From assembly GCA_963717145.1 (NCBI GenBank), contig OY970325.1, forward strand, positions 96,001 through 160,000: DNA of 64,000 nucleotides, written 5' to 3'. Position 1 is the first letter of the stretch. Each line of letters opens with the position of its first letter. The translations under genes and the position numbers were made by a program. Source of the stretch: an uncultured Armatimonadetes bacterium. GTDB lineage: Bacteria; Armatimonadota; UBA5829; DTJY01. This document shows, one piece after another, positions 18,961 to 28,910 of the stretch. A model generated the notes under the pieces. The model had not been told where the DNA came from. It searched no databases and saw only the letters and a list, made by a program, of their open reading frames with translations.

Positions 18961-20745
18961 CTAACCTTTGATGATTGCCTCAAACTGGCAATTCTCTATG
19001 CAGATTCCGCATTTCGTGCACGTCTCGTGGGATATGACGTGCGGCTCCCTGCGGTTGCCCGAAACGGCGCCCACAGGGCAGTTCTTCGCGCACAACGTGC
19101 ATCCTCGGCAGCGCTCCGCGATGATCTCGTAATGGATCATCGCGGTGCACACCCCTGCCGGGCAGCGCTTCTCCCGCACATGCGCCTCATACTCATCGCG
19201 GAAGTACCGGAGAGTCGCGCGCACCGAGTTCGGCGCAGTCTGTCCGAGGCCACAGAGCGATGTCGCTTCGATGGTAGTCGCCAGGGTCTCCAGGAGTTCT
19301 ATGTCCTCCGGCTCTCCCTGGCCTTTGGTGATCCGGGTGAGGATCTCCAGCATTCTCTTGCAGCCCTCGCGGCACGGAGCGCACTGGCCGCATGACTCCT
19401 CGATCGTGAACTCGAGGAAGAACCTGGCTACATCGACCATGCAAGTATTGTCGTCCATGACGATCAGGCCGCCCGAGCCTATGATCGAGCCAGCCTTCTG
19501 AAGGTTGTCGTAGTCGACAGGCATGTCGAGCAACGACACGGGCAGACACCCGCCCGAAGGCCCTCCGGTCTGGATCGCCTTGAACTCCCGGCCGCCCGGG
19601 ATTCCTCCGCCGATGTCGTAGACGATCTCCCGCAGCGTCGTGCCGAAGGGGACCTCGATGAGCCCGGTGTTGACGATGTTGCCGGCGAGGGCGAACACCT
19701 TGGTGCCCTTGCTCTTCTCCGTGCCATACTGAGCATACCAGTCGCCGCCGTTGCGGATGATGTTGGCGACGTTGCCGTAGGTCTCCACGTTGTTGATCAG
19801 TGTCGGCTTGCCCCACAGCCCCGAGACGGCGGGGTAGGGCGGCTTGGGCCTCGGTTCGCCGCGCTCTCCCTCGATCGACGCCATCAACGCCGTTTCCTCG
19901 CCGCAGACGAATGCTCCAGCTCCCTTACGGATCTGGATGTCGAAGTCGAGTTTGTCGAAGATGCCCTTGCCGAGCAGCCCAAACTCGCGCGCCTGGTCGA
20001 TCGCCTTCTGTAGCCTTTGGATCGCCAGTGGATACTCAGCCCGGACGTATACGAAGCCTTCCTGAGCGCCGATCGCGTGCGCCGCGATGGTCATCCCCTC
20101 GATGACCGCGTGCGGATCGCCCTCCAGAAGCGAGCGGTCCATGAATGCACCGGGGTCACCCTCGTCGCCGTTGCATACGATGTATTTGATGTCGCCCTCC
20201 GCTTGGCGGGCGAAATCCCACTTCCTCGCGGCCGGGAATCCAGCGCCCCCACGACCTCTGAGCCCTGACTTCGCGAGTTCCGCGATCACCGCTTCCGGCG
20301 TCATCTGAGTCACAGCCTTGCCCAGGCCCTCGTAGCCTCCTCGAGCAATGTAGTCCTCGATGACGTTCGGATCGATGGTGCCCAGGTTCTTCAGCACGAT
20401 CCTGGTCTGCTTCGCAAAGAACGGAATGTCCTCGTAGCGAGGCATGTGCTCCTCGCCCTTCTTTGCGAGCAGCCGCTCGACGAGTCGCCCCTTCATGAGG
20501 TGCTCGGAGACGATCTCCCCGGCATCCGCGGCGGATACACTGGTGTAAAAGATCCCCTCGGGATATATGATGATGACGGGCCCGAGATCACACGTGCCGA
20601 CACAACCGGTGTCATAGACGCTGACCTCGGTATCCAGTCCGGCCGCCGCGATCCGTTCCTTCAGCGATGCTTCGACCTCGCGCGCCCCTGAAGCGATGCA
20701 TGCCGCTCCGGCGCATACCAGAACATGTGAGCGATCAAGTTTCAT
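18961..20745 (-). CDS. NuoF/HydB-like subunit, copy 1 (full length, C-terminal 2x4Fe-4S)
   Basis: CNGDEGDPGAFMDR, TGGPSGGC, ESCGQCAPCREG, CRGCTLCAKNCP...CTKCGICIENC. Confidence 0.93.
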   Translation of the reverse strand: MKLDRSHVLVCAGAACIASGAREVEASLKERIAAAGLDTEVSVYDTGCVGTCDLGPVIIIYPEGIFYTSVSAADAGEIVSEHLMKGRLVERLLAKKGEEHMPRYEDIPFFAKQTRIVLKNLGTIDPNVIEDYIARGGYEGLGKAVTQMTPEAVIAELAKSGLRGRGGAGFPAARKWDFARQAEGDIKYIVCNGDEGDPGAFMDRSLLEGDPHAVIEGMTIAAHAIGAQEGFVYVRAEYPLAIQRLQKAIDQAREFGLLGKGIFDKLDFDIQIRKGAGAFVCGEETALMASIEGERGEPRPKPPYPAVSGLWGKPTLINNVETYGNVANIIRNGGDWYAQYGTEKSKGTKVFALAGNIVNTGLIEVPFGTTLREIVYDIGGGIPGGREFKAIQTGGPSGGCLPVSLLDMPVDYDNLQKAGSIIGSGGLIVMDDNTCMVDVARFFLEFTIEESCGQCAPCREGCKRMLEILTRITKGQGEPEDIELLETLATTIEATSLCGLGQTAPNSVRATLRYFRDEYEAHVREKRCPAGVCTAMIHYEIIAERCRGCTLCAKNCPVGAVSGNRREPHVISHETCTKCGICIENCQFEAIIKG

Positions 20746-20766
20746 TGCTTCCCAGACCCCTCCGGA

Positions 20767-21135
20767 CTACTCCCTGGAGGATGCCACGACCCATTCCCCG
20801 ACGATGTTGTCATTCACCAGGTGCTGGCCAATGATAGTGCGCGCCCGTTCGGGCGTCACGTATCCGTATGTGACCGTCGGCTGTCCGGGTTTGCTGACGT
20901 CGATCATCGGCTCCTGCTCGCACAGCCCCTTGCAGCCCGTCTGGGTCACAGCGACATCCTGGATGCCGCGCTTGCTCAGTTCGTCCATGATCGCAGACAT
21001 AGCATCCCTGGCGCCGGCCGCGATCCCGCAGGTCCCCATGGCGATCACGATCCTGGCCCTGTACTGGCCCTCGCGGACTTTCATCGCCTGCTGCGCCTGC
21101 TCTCTTACTTTTCGAAGATCCTCAAGACTCTTCAT
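20767..21135 (-). CDS. Thioredoxin-like 2Fe-2S ferredoxin subunit (HndB/HydD-like)
   Basis: MGTCGIAAGAR...TGCKGLCEQEP. Confidence 0.88.
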   Translation of the reverse strand: MKSLEDLRKVREQAQQAMKVREGQYRARIVIAMGTCGIAAGARDAMSAIMDELSKRGIQDVAVTQTGCKGLCEQEPMIDVSKPGQPTVTYGYVTPERARTIIGQHLVNDNIVGEWVVASSRE

Positions 21136-21154
21136 CCGGTTTTTCACCCTTTCT

Positions 21155-21703
21155 TCAATCGATCGTTCCTGCGTCCCGGATGCCTTCATCCAGGTACTGC
21201 TTCATCCACTCGATCACGAGCGGCTCATTGACCGGGACGTCGCCCAATTCTGCGGCGATTACCCCTGTATCAAACAGAAAACTCTTGTCGTCAACCTCGT
21301 ACCGGAGGATGAACCGTACCTCCGGGTTCGTTACTACCAGACTGATCGCTGTTTCCGCCACGTTTCCCAGCGGCGGACGGTCGATGTTGTCGTACTCGAA
21401 CGTCGCAGACACCATCGTGCCCTGTCCGGGCGACGATCGGACCCGGAGGGCTCCTCCGCTGCGTTCGGACGCCGCTCTCAGAAGCGGCAGTCCCAACCCG
21501 ACTTTCCGCGTCGTCCGCGTCGTCACGAACGGGTCCGTTACCGTGACCAGCATCTGCTCGTCCATACCTCGGCCATCGTCGCAGATCTCCGTCTTGAGGA
21601 GATTCTCCTCCGACCGTCTCGTCACCGTCACCGTCACGGTTGATGCCCCCGCTGACAGCGAATTCTGCGCTATGTCAAGGATGTGCAAGGAAATATCCCG
21701 CAC
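21155..21703 (-). CDS. HATPase_c (histidine kinase-like ATPase) protein
   Basis: LHILDIAQNS, DDGRGM, DPFVTTRTTRKVGLGLP. Confidence 0.88.
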   Translation of the reverse strand: MRDISLHILDIAQNSLSAGASTVTVTVTRRSEENLLKTEICDDGRGMDEQMLVTVTDPFVTTRTTRKVGLGLPLLRAASERSGGALRVRSSPGQGTMVSATFEYDNIDRPPLGNVAETAISLVVTNPEVRFILRYEVDDKSFLFDTGVIAAELGDVPVNEPLVIEWMKQYLDEGIRDAGTID

Positions 21704-21724
21704 CCTATCCTCCGTGTCTCTTGC

Positions 21725-22223
21725 CTAACCGGTTCCTTCCGGCTTCTTCTCGAGCAGCTTGAAGACCTTGCTCGGACATACTTTCGCGTGAACCTTCTCG
21801 CCGATCACGACCACCGGCGCAAGGCTGCAAGCCCCCACGCAGCGCACTGCCTCCAGAGTGTAGTCACCGTCCGCTGTGGTCTTCGCCTTCCCTAATGCCC
21901 AACCCAGCCATGATCCGGTTGAAGACACCCTGCGAGCCTCTGACGTAGCAGGCGGTCCCCATACACACCTGGACTTTCTGTCGTCCCTGCGGCTTCAGGT
22001 GAAAGAAGTTGTAGAAACTCGCCACACCCGCCGTCTTGCTCAGCGGGATGTCGAGACCCTGCGCCACCTTGAGGAGCGCCCACTCAGGCAGATAGCCGAG
22101 CCGCTCCTGAACGGCATCGAGCACCGGGATCAGCGGGCCCTGCATGTCTTTGCGACTGGCTACGATCCCCTCTATCTCGCCGACGAGGTCCTTGCTCCCT
22201 GCCGGTATCGCTGTATCGGTCAT
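21725..22223 (-). CDS. NuoE/HndA-like 2Fe-2S subunit, copy 1 (one frameshift at ~21882)
   Basis: VASFYNFF...VCMGTACYVRG in one frame; EAVRCVGACSLAPV in the next. Confidence 0.88.
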
Positions 22224-22975
22224 TTCGAGTACACCCATGTGTCGATGTGCCTTCCCTCTAAGCCCTTGCAGGCCAGTCCGATCTCGCCGGCGCTGCGTGA
22301 TTCCACGTAGAATACCGTCCTGGCGGCGCCCAGATCGGTCAGATAATGCGCGTCCGAACTCGAGATGATCGTAGTTCCTCGAAGGCTCGGAAACCTCACT
22401 ACGGCCTGCTCCGCGGTCGTGTTCTTCGAGACCTCCACCGCGGGGACCTCCAGGTCCGGAGGTATGAACCCCAGCACCGCGATCAGGCTCATCGAGGGCC
22501 GATCCACGTGAGCCGGGATCGCCAGCCCGCCGAGCGACCGCACCCTCTCGATCAGAGCTTCCAGACTGATGTCCGTCGGCGCGGAGCACAGATGCTCATT
22601 GAACCCCAGGAATTCGCCCCGGGCGTCGACCTTCATCTGTTCCTCGAAGCTCTCATGGCCGCGAGGCGTCTCCGGCAGCGCGGCGTACACCTCTTGCTGC
22701 AGAGTCAGAGCCGTATCCAGATTGTCAAAGATGCAAACGACGTGTATGCCTTCCCGCGTCTCGCATTCCATCCCCGGCAGCACCTTTACAGAACTGCCCC
22801 TGGACGCTTCCAGAACGGCCCATACGTTGTCCGCCGTGTTGTGATCGGTTATCGCGATCAGATCCAGACCCTTGCTCTCCGCCTCGCGGATGATCAAGTC
22901 CGGAAGCATCTCCACCGCCGCACACGCGGACAGCAGAGTGTGAACGTGCAGATCGGCTTCCACACGCCTGAGCAT
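22220..22975 (-). CDS. PHP-domain phosphoesterase
   Basis: DLHVHT, ITDHN, PAHVDR, SSDAH. Confidence 0.9.
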   Translation of the reverse strand: MLRRVEADLHVHTLLSACAAVEMLPDLIIREAESKGLDLIAITDHNTADNVWAVLEASRGSSVKVLPGMECETREGIHVVCIFDNLDTALTLQQEVYAALPETPRGHESFEEQMKVDARGEFLGFNEHLCSAPTDISLEALIERVRSLGGLAIPAHVDRPSMSLIAVLGFIPPDLEVPAVEVSKNTTAEQAVVRFPSLRGTTIISSSDAHYLTDLGAARTVFYVESRSAGEIGLACKGLEGRHIDTWVYSK

Positions 22976-22976
22976 C

Positions 22977-23312
22977 TTACCGGAGCCCCAGTTCATAGAG
23001 CTTGCCGGCGACCTCGAACGACTTCATTGGAGTGGTCAGGATGACGACTCCCTCTTCCTCGGCCTTCGCGAGGGTCTTCTCCTCGGGCTGCGCGCCACCG
23101 GTGATCACGATGGCCGAGAGCCCGAGCAGCGTGCTCACCGCCACAATGTTCAGATGGGTCTGTATCGTGATCCAGATGTTGCCGACCTTCGCGTTGCCTA
23201 TCACGTCGCTGAGCATGTCGGACGCATAGCCTCCGGTCACTTCGACTCCATCCGGAGAGCCGCCCGTCCTCTGTGTCATGTCAAGTTTGCCGATCGCTGT
23301 TGACAGCATCAT
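22977..23312 (-). CDS. DRTGG-domain protein
   Basis: GGYASDMLSDV...WITIQTHLNIVAV. Confidence 0.85.
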   Translation of the reverse strand: MMLSTAIGKLDMTQRTGGSPDGVEVTGGYASDMLSDVIGNAKVGNIWITIQTHLNIVAVSTLLGLSAIVITGGAQPEEKTLAKAEEEGVVILTTPMKSFEVAGKLYELGLR

Positions 23313-23317
23313 GGCGC

Positions 23318-24739
23318 TTACTCCCCGGATGCGGAATCGCCGGCGGGCGTCCCGACTGCGTCCTGCAGTTCCTTCACTTTTTGCTGAGTGCCCATCGCGG
23401 GCGGGACCTTTTCGGCGAGCATCATAAGCTCTTCCGCCAGGACGTGGACCCTTTCTCGCAGGATGAACACGCAGTCCGTGTCGACCGCCAGCCCGCGCAC
23501 GATATCCTCGGCCAGCGCCCGACAGTTCGGAGCCCCGCACGATCCGCAGTCGAGGCTCGGCAGGGATTCCACGATCTCCTCGAGCCTCTCCATCTTCTGG
23601 ATCGCGGCCCTCATGTCATCGTCGAGGCTGAGCGTCGGTCTCGGCTCGATCTGCTTGTCAAAGTCCAGCAATCGCCGATCCGTCTGCTGCAACAGGTCCG
23701 CCTGGTGCACCGCGATCTCTTCCTCGGTCGGGTTGACTCCACCGTCCGAGGCGATGTCCCTGATTCGGCGTCTGGAGATGAACGGGTTCTCGACGGCGAG
23801 TACGCCTCCGACACATCCGCCGACGCAGGCCTGCAACTCGATGTAGTCCATGTCGAGCAACTTGCCGCGGTCGATCTCCTCCATGATCTGTATCACATTG
23901 TGTATGCCGTCCACCGATATATGTCTCTGAGCGCCGATGGACAGCACCTCGCCGCCGCTTCGTGCCCAGCCGACTCCGACTCCGGATGCCTGGCGGAGCA
24001 CTCTCTTCACTTCGTCTTCGGTGGCGCTGTATACGAAGCTGTGCAGCCTGCCGAAGACGTCTTTGATCGGGATCGCCCCGTCGATGCACTTGTCTCTGTA
24101 ACCTACCGGATCGGCGATCGCGCTCACCTTGCCCGGGCACGGGGAGATGAAGAACAGACCGATCTCCTCCGGCTTGAGCCCAAGCTCGGCGCATTTCTGT
24201 GCGCGTGCCATTCTCGCCGCCACCCGCATCGGCGATGCAACCGGAATGATGTTCCCAATCATCCCGGGGAAGCGGACCTGGATCAGTCTTACAATCGCAG
24301 GACAGGCCGACGACAGTAGCGGCTTCAGACGGTCCGGATCCCTCAACATCTCACGTATCCGGGCCGATACGACCTCCGCGGCATAGGCCACTTCGAACAC
24401 GTCGTCGAATCCCAGGCTGATCAGTCCGGCGATGATCGTGTCCGGCTGTATCCCGCCCTGGAACTGTCCGTAGAGAGCCGGCGCGGGAAGCGCGATCCTG
24501 TACTTGAAATCCTCCAATCGGTCGAGCGTGTCCGCCACCGCCGTCTTCGCCTGGTTCGGGCAATTGCGGATGCACTCGCCGCAATCGACGCACTTCAGTT
24601 CGATGATCTGCGCCTTGCCTTCCCGGACGCGGATCGCCTCCGTCGGGCAGTGCTTGATGCAGTTCACGCAGCCCTTGCATTTCTCTTCGATCAGCCGAAC
24701 CGAGTGGAAATAATGTTTGCCGTCCGCTTGTTCACTCAT
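23318..24739 (-). CDS. Putative sensory/regulatory [FeFe]-hydrogenase-like protein (group C/D type) with C-terminal Fe-S domain
   Basis: N-terminal 2x4Fe-4S; variant H-cluster motifs LSSACPA, SPCPGK, ELQACVGGCVGG; C-terminal LDCGSCGAPNC. Confidence 0.85.
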   Translation of the reverse strand: MSEQADGKHYFHSVRLIEEKCKGCVNCIKHCPTEAIRVREGKAQIIELKCVDCGECIRNCPNQAKTAVADTLDRLEDFKYRIALPAPALYGQFQGGIQPDTIIAGLISLGFDDVFEVAYAAEVVSARIREMLRDPDRLKPLLSSACPAIVRLIQVRFPGMIGNIIPVASPMRVAARMARAQKCAELGLKPEEIGLFFISPCPGKVSAIADPVGYRDKCIDGAIPIKDVFGRLHSFVYSATEDEVKRVLRQASGVGVGWARSGGEVLSIGAQRHISVDGIHNVIQIMEEIDRGKLLDMDYIELQACVGGCVGGVLAVENPFISRRRIRDIASDGGVNPTEEEIAVHQADLLQQTDRRLLDFDKQIEPRPTLSLDDDMRAAIQKMERLEEIVESLPSLDCGSCGAPNCRALAEDIVRGLAVDTDCVFILRERVHVLAEELMMLAEKVPPAMGTQQKVKELQDAVGTPAGDSASGE

Positions 24740-25203
24740 TCTTGAACACCATATCCAGTGTCGTTCCGACTCCCACCGTCGTCCGAATCTCCAGCGAATC
24801 GGTGCACTTCTTGATGTTTGGCAGACCCATCCCGGCGCCGAAACCCAACTCCCTGACCGCGTCGCTTGCCGTCGAGAAGCCCGGGCCGCATCGCCAGGCC
24901 GATGTCCGGGATGCCCGGGCCCTCATCCGTCACCAGTATCCTGATCCTGTCCGGATTGGCGGCGAGGGATATCTCTCCACCCGACGCATGGATCACCGCG
25001 TTCATCTCGGCTTCGTAAGTCGCCACAGACGCCCGACGGATCGTATCGGGCCCAACGCCGATCTGCTGCAGGATCCTCTTGATCCTCGTCGACACGCTCC
25101 CCGCGTTTGAGAAATCCCCTCCGTGGAGTCTGAACGTGTAGCGCAGTTCAGCGTTCTGAGGATCGTTTTCTACAAGAATCTGAGCGCCGTCGGAATCACT
25201 CAA
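24732..25203 (-). CDS. RsbW/RsbT-like anti-sigma Ser/Thr kinase (one frameshift at ~24880)
   Basis: YEAEMNAVIHA...DEGPGIPDI, then GFSTASDAVRELGFGAGMGLPNI in the shifted frame. Confidence 0.88.
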
Positions 25204-25591
25204 TGTGCATGCAACCCCTTAGCCCATTGGCGTATAGTAATCCGCAACTCTCATACAGCGGATACGGCGAAGAGAGCAGGGGAATCCCGATGTCCCTCGC
25301 CATGGAGATCGTCGCCTCATCAGGGCGTTTGTCTCGAACGAAAACTACGACCTTCAGGTCTAGAATCTCGGCCGTCCGTATTACCTGGCGGTTCGTGAGC
25401 CCCGTGAGCAATACTGCGCCCGGCTTCGTGAAGGCAAGCACATCACTCATCAGGTCGCATCCACAGCCGCTGTGAACCTCATCGCTCAACTTGTCTTCAC
25501 AGCAGAGCACCTCGGCTTTCAGGGTGGTTCTTATGGCCTCGATCCTCAGACCCGCGGGAGGCGTTTCGTCCATCAGTTCCCCAGATGTCAT
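25196..25591 (-). CDS. DRTGG-domain protein, first gene of the hydrogenase operon
   Basis: GCDLMSDVLAF...LLTGLTNRQVIRTAE; start codon uncertain (25591 or 25573). Confidence 0.85.
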   Translation of the reverse strand: MTSGELMDETPPAGLRIEAIRTTLKAEVLCCEDKLSDEVHSGCGCDLMSDVLAFTKPGAVLLTGLTNRQVIRTAEILDLKVVVFVRDKRPDEATISMARDIGIPLLSSPYPLYESCGLLYANGLRGCMHIE

Positions 25592-25626
25592 GAGCAGCGT
25601 TGAATCCTCCGCTTCGTTACGAGAAC

Positions 25627-25644
25627 TTGTGAAAATATTCACAA
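25627..25644. promoter_or_regulatory. Rex operator
   Basis: TTGTGAAAATATTCACAA is a perfect match to TTGTGAA-N4-TTCACAA, upstream of an NADH-linked hydrogenase operon. Confidence 0.85.
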
Positions 25645-25690
25645 ATACCCACAAAATAAATCGGGACACGCTCAAACGGCAGCCATCCCG

Positions 25691-25706
25691 ATGTAATCGG
25701 TTACAT
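25691..25706. promoter_or_regulatory. Second palindromic operator (LacI-family-like)
   Basis: ATGTAATCGGTTACAT, 7/8 symmetric, with a central CG. Confidence 0.5.
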
Positions 25707-25737
25707 GTGACGAATCCTCGTCCATGCGGCACAGCTT

Positions 25738-25766
25738 ATTCTAACACAAATCCGCGCGCTCGCCAA
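25738..25766 (-). promoter_or_regulatory. Sigma70-type promoter of the hydrogenase operon
   Basis: TTGGCG-17 bp-TAGAAT with extended TG. Confidence 0.6.
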
Positions 25767-25849
25767 GTGCCTGAGGAAGGTGATTCGCATCAAATGGGCA
25801 AAAACCGGTATATTTGCCGGGTTTCTTGTGCATTATTTTGAACAAATGT

Positions 25850-25908
25850 TTGACAAAACCCAGGACTTGTGGGATAATAACACTAGATGAGACTGAGACT
25901 ATATCTCA
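25850..25908 (+). promoter_or_regulatory. Promoter of fur-feoAB with a Fur-type operator
   Basis: TTGACA-17 bp-GATAAT followed by TGAGACTGAGACTATATCTCA (25888-25908). Confidence 0.7.
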
Positions 25909-25930
25909 ACAAGCTCGAAAGGACGCGCCG

Positions 25931-26377
25931 ATGGGCAAGGGTGAGGAACTGACATTCAGAGAATATCTGGCCAAGGCGGGACTCCGGTTCACTGCCGAGC
26001 GCAGGATGATATTGGAAGAGGTTTTCCGCCGGCACGATCATTTCGAGGCTGAGGACATCGTCCTTGGCCTGAGGAGACCGGGTACGCGTGTCTCGCGCGC
26101 GAGCGTCTATCGGGCACTTCCGCTTCTGATGGAGAGCGGGTTGCTGCGTCCGGTGTACTCCGAGGAGAAGCACGGACACTTCGAGCACGTGTTCGGCCAC
26201 GAGCATCACGACCATATGATCTGCACGCGATGTCATGGAGCAGTCGAGTTCAAGGACGACGGTATCGAAGAGACTCAGGTTCGGGTGTGTGCCGAGCACG
26301 GTTTCACGCCCACTCACCATCGATTGGAGATCGTCGGCATCTGCGCGGACTGCAGGCGTTCGGAGGAGAAGAAATAA
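25931..26377 (+). CDS. fur: Fur-family transcriptional regulator
   Basis: LRFTAER, SRASVYRAL, HEHHDHMICTRC, GICADC. Confidence 0.88.
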   Translation: MGKGEELTFREYLAKAGLRFTAERRMILEEVFRRHDHFEAEDIVLGLRRPGTRVSRASVYRALPLLMESGLLRPVYSEEKHGHFEHVFGHEHHDHMICTRCHGAVEFKDDGIEETQVRVCAEHGFTPTHHRLEIVGICADCRRSEEKK

Positions 26378-26588
26378 TGACGCTGGATCAGGCAAAGAAG
26401 GGCTCCGGGTCCGCATCCTCACGATCCATGATCTGGAGCATCGGACGCATCTTGTGAGGCTCGGAATCTCCGAGGGAACCATGGTGACGTGCCAGGAGAA
26501 GCTCCCCATGGGCCCCGTAGTACTGCGATGCAACCGTCAGGAGATCGCAGTCGGTCGGCAACTGGCGCGCGGCATAACGGTCAAGTAG
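26377..26588 (+). CDS. feoA: Ferrous iron transport protein A (one frameshift at ~26400)
   Basis: MTLDQAKKG + LRVRILTI...RLGISEG...GPVVL...EIAVGRQLARGITVK. Confidence 0.85.
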
Positions 26589-26607
26589 TACGGTCATTTC
26601 GGTGATC

Positions 26608-26676
26608 TTGTCATTCTGAGTGAAGCGAAGAATCTCATGTCATGCGCGAGATTCTTCGCTGCGCTCAGAATGACAA
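26608..26676. repeat. GTCATTCTGA...GAAGAATCT palindromic repeat, family B, copy 1
   Basis: ttgtcattctgagtgaagcgaagaatctc ... gagattcttcgctgcgctcagaatgacaa, between feoA and feoB. Confidence 0.85.
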
Positions 26677-26698
26677 CCTTGATTGAGACTGAGGTATT

Positions 26699-28568
26699 TT
26701 GCAGCAACAAGCAGGTCAGCACAGACATCGCCATCAGCACCGGCATCGGGACGTCCTCGATGCGCCCGTGAGAAAGATCGTCCTCGCAGGCAATCCGAAC
26801 GTGGGCAAGTCGGTCTTTTTCGGCTACCTCACCGGCATCTATGCCGACGTATCGAACTACCCCGGCACGACCATTGAGGTCACGAGCGGCCACTCCGGGA
26901 CCGACCTCATTATGGACACTCCCGGCGTCTACGGGATATCCTCTTTCAACGACGAAGAACGGGTGGCCCGTGACATCATCCTTGACGCCGATGTCGTCAT
27001 CAACATCGTGGATGCCGTCCACATGGAGCGCGATCTTTTTGTTACACTCCAGCTCGCGGACATGGGCGTACCGATGGTTGTCGCCCTCAACTTCATGGAT
27101 GAGGCGAAGCACGAGGGGTCTGGAGATCGACATCGACCTGCTCTCCGACCTTCTGGGCGCGCCGGTCATCCCCACTGTGGCTACCAAGCACATCGGTCTC
27201 CGCGAACTCCGATCTGCGATAGACAGCGCTCGTCCGGGACATCCCGATCCCGAGATCGCGCGGCGACTGACCGAGGAACTTCGAGTGGTCGGCTCCCCGC
27301 GTGAGGCCCTGCTCGTCCTCGAGGGTGACGAGGTGGTCTCCGAGCGGCATGGTGTCGAGCCGGGGACACATCGCGAGGAGTTCTATGTGCGTCGCAGGGA
27401 GCGGGTAAACGACATCGTGGGCCACGTCCAACGGGAGATCAGCGTCGGGCGACGGTTATCGTCACGGCTTGGCGCACTGATGATCAACCCGTGGGCCGGC
27501 CTGCCGATCCTCGTCGGCATCCTGTTCATGATGTATCAGCTCGTTGCCGTGCTTATCGCCCAGACGGTGGTCGGGTTTACTGAAGGCACGGTGATGAACG
27601 GCTACTGGGAGCCGGCTGCGCGCGCTTTTGTGCACAGGTTTGCGCCCGAGAGTTCGGCCGTCGCGATACTGCTGGTCGGGCAGTTCGGCATGGTCACAAT
27701 GACCGTGACATATCTCATCGGCCTGCTTCTGCCCTTGGTTGCCGCGTTCTATCTTGCACTCTCTGTCCTGGAAGACAGCGGATATCTGCCACGATTGGCG
27801 GCACTGGCCGATCGGATGCTTAACAGCATCGGCCTGAACGGGCGGGCGGTCGTCCCGATCATCCTCGGGTTCGGCTGCATTACGATGGCAACCATCACCA
27901 CCCGGCTGCTGGCGACTCAACGGGAGAAGACGATCGCGACATCGATCCTCAACTTCGCAATCCCATGCTCGGCTCAACTCGGAGTAATCGTCTTGCTGCT
28001 CGGGAGGGTCGGGCCGATGTACAGCCTCGCGTATGTCTTGATCCTGGGCGCATGTCTCGTTGCGGTCGGAACGGTCCTTCACAGGATGCTCCCCGGCGAG
28101 TCGTCGCCACTTCTCATCGACCTACCTCCCATGCGGCTGCCCAGTCTGCAGAACATCCTGCGCAAGACAGGCAGCCGGACGATGGCATTCATGAGGGAGG
28201 CCGCGCCGTGGTTCCTGGTCGGGTCAGCGGTTGTAGCTCTGATGCAGATCAGCGGCTTGCTGGCGGCGTGGGAAAGAGCGTTCGCGCCGCTTACGACCGG
28301 ATGGCTGCGACTGCCTCCTGACGCGGCTCGCGCGTTTGTGATGGGGATGGTCCGCCGTGACTTCGGCGCTGCAGGGTTCGCCACGATGGCGCTTTCGCCC
28401 CCGCAGACCCTTGTGGCGATGGTGACCATGACGCTCTTTGTGCCGTGCATAGCTTCCATCGTCATCCTGTTCAAGGAACGCGGAGGTCGTCAGGCCGTGG
28501 CGATCTGGCTTGGTACGTGGGTCACAGCTTTCGTGGTAGGAGGGCTGGTCGCAAGGGTAGTGCTATGA
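26699..28568 (+). CDS. feoB: Ferrous iron transport protein B (one frameshift at ~27117)
   Basis: GNPNVGKS, NYPGTT, DTPG, NFMD; EDSGYLPR, GFGC, IPCSAQ, FVPCIA; His-rich N-terminal tail. Confidence 0.92.
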
Positions 28569-28744
28569 ACAAGGCCGGCGAGATAGTCTGTGAAACGTGC
28601 GGGGCCAGATATGACCGGCTGCCCGCGTTCCGATGTCCGAGGTGCGGGGCATCACTCTGCGCAACCGGCTGCGAGGGATGCACTGCCAAGTGCGGTGTCA
28701 GGAAGCCGGTGGTTCATCGGACCTATCCTCATCGCCAACCGTAG
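28565..28744 (+). CDS. Small Cys-rich protein coupled to feoB
   Basis: ATGA overlap with the feoB stop; CETC...CPRC...CATGCEGCTAKC. Confidence 0.7.
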   Translation: MNKAGEIVCETCGARYDRLPAFRCPRCGASLCATGCEGCTAKCGVRKPVVHRTYPHRQP

Positions 28745-28848
28745 TGGCCGTGCCTCTGTGCCGGCCCAGCGAGGTAACTGGCCGGCACAGAGGCACGGCC
28801 ACTACGGTCGGCGATGATGGCTTAGGCGACCCTGAGGTGGCCCAGACA

Positions 28849-28884
28849 GGAGAAAGCGGAAGGATGTGCTCCCTCCGCTTTTCC
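28849..28884. terminator. Hairpin between convergent genes
   Basis: ggagaaagcggaagg...ccctccgcttttcc. Confidence 0.5.
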
Positions 28885-28910
28885 GTAAGACATTCTGGCT
28901 GAAACGCTGC

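Noticed and set aside
21870-27125. Programmed frameshifting in NuoE1, the kinase, feoA and feoB
   Set aside because: No slippery heptamers or consistent signals; the shifts go in both directions and match the window-wide error pattern.
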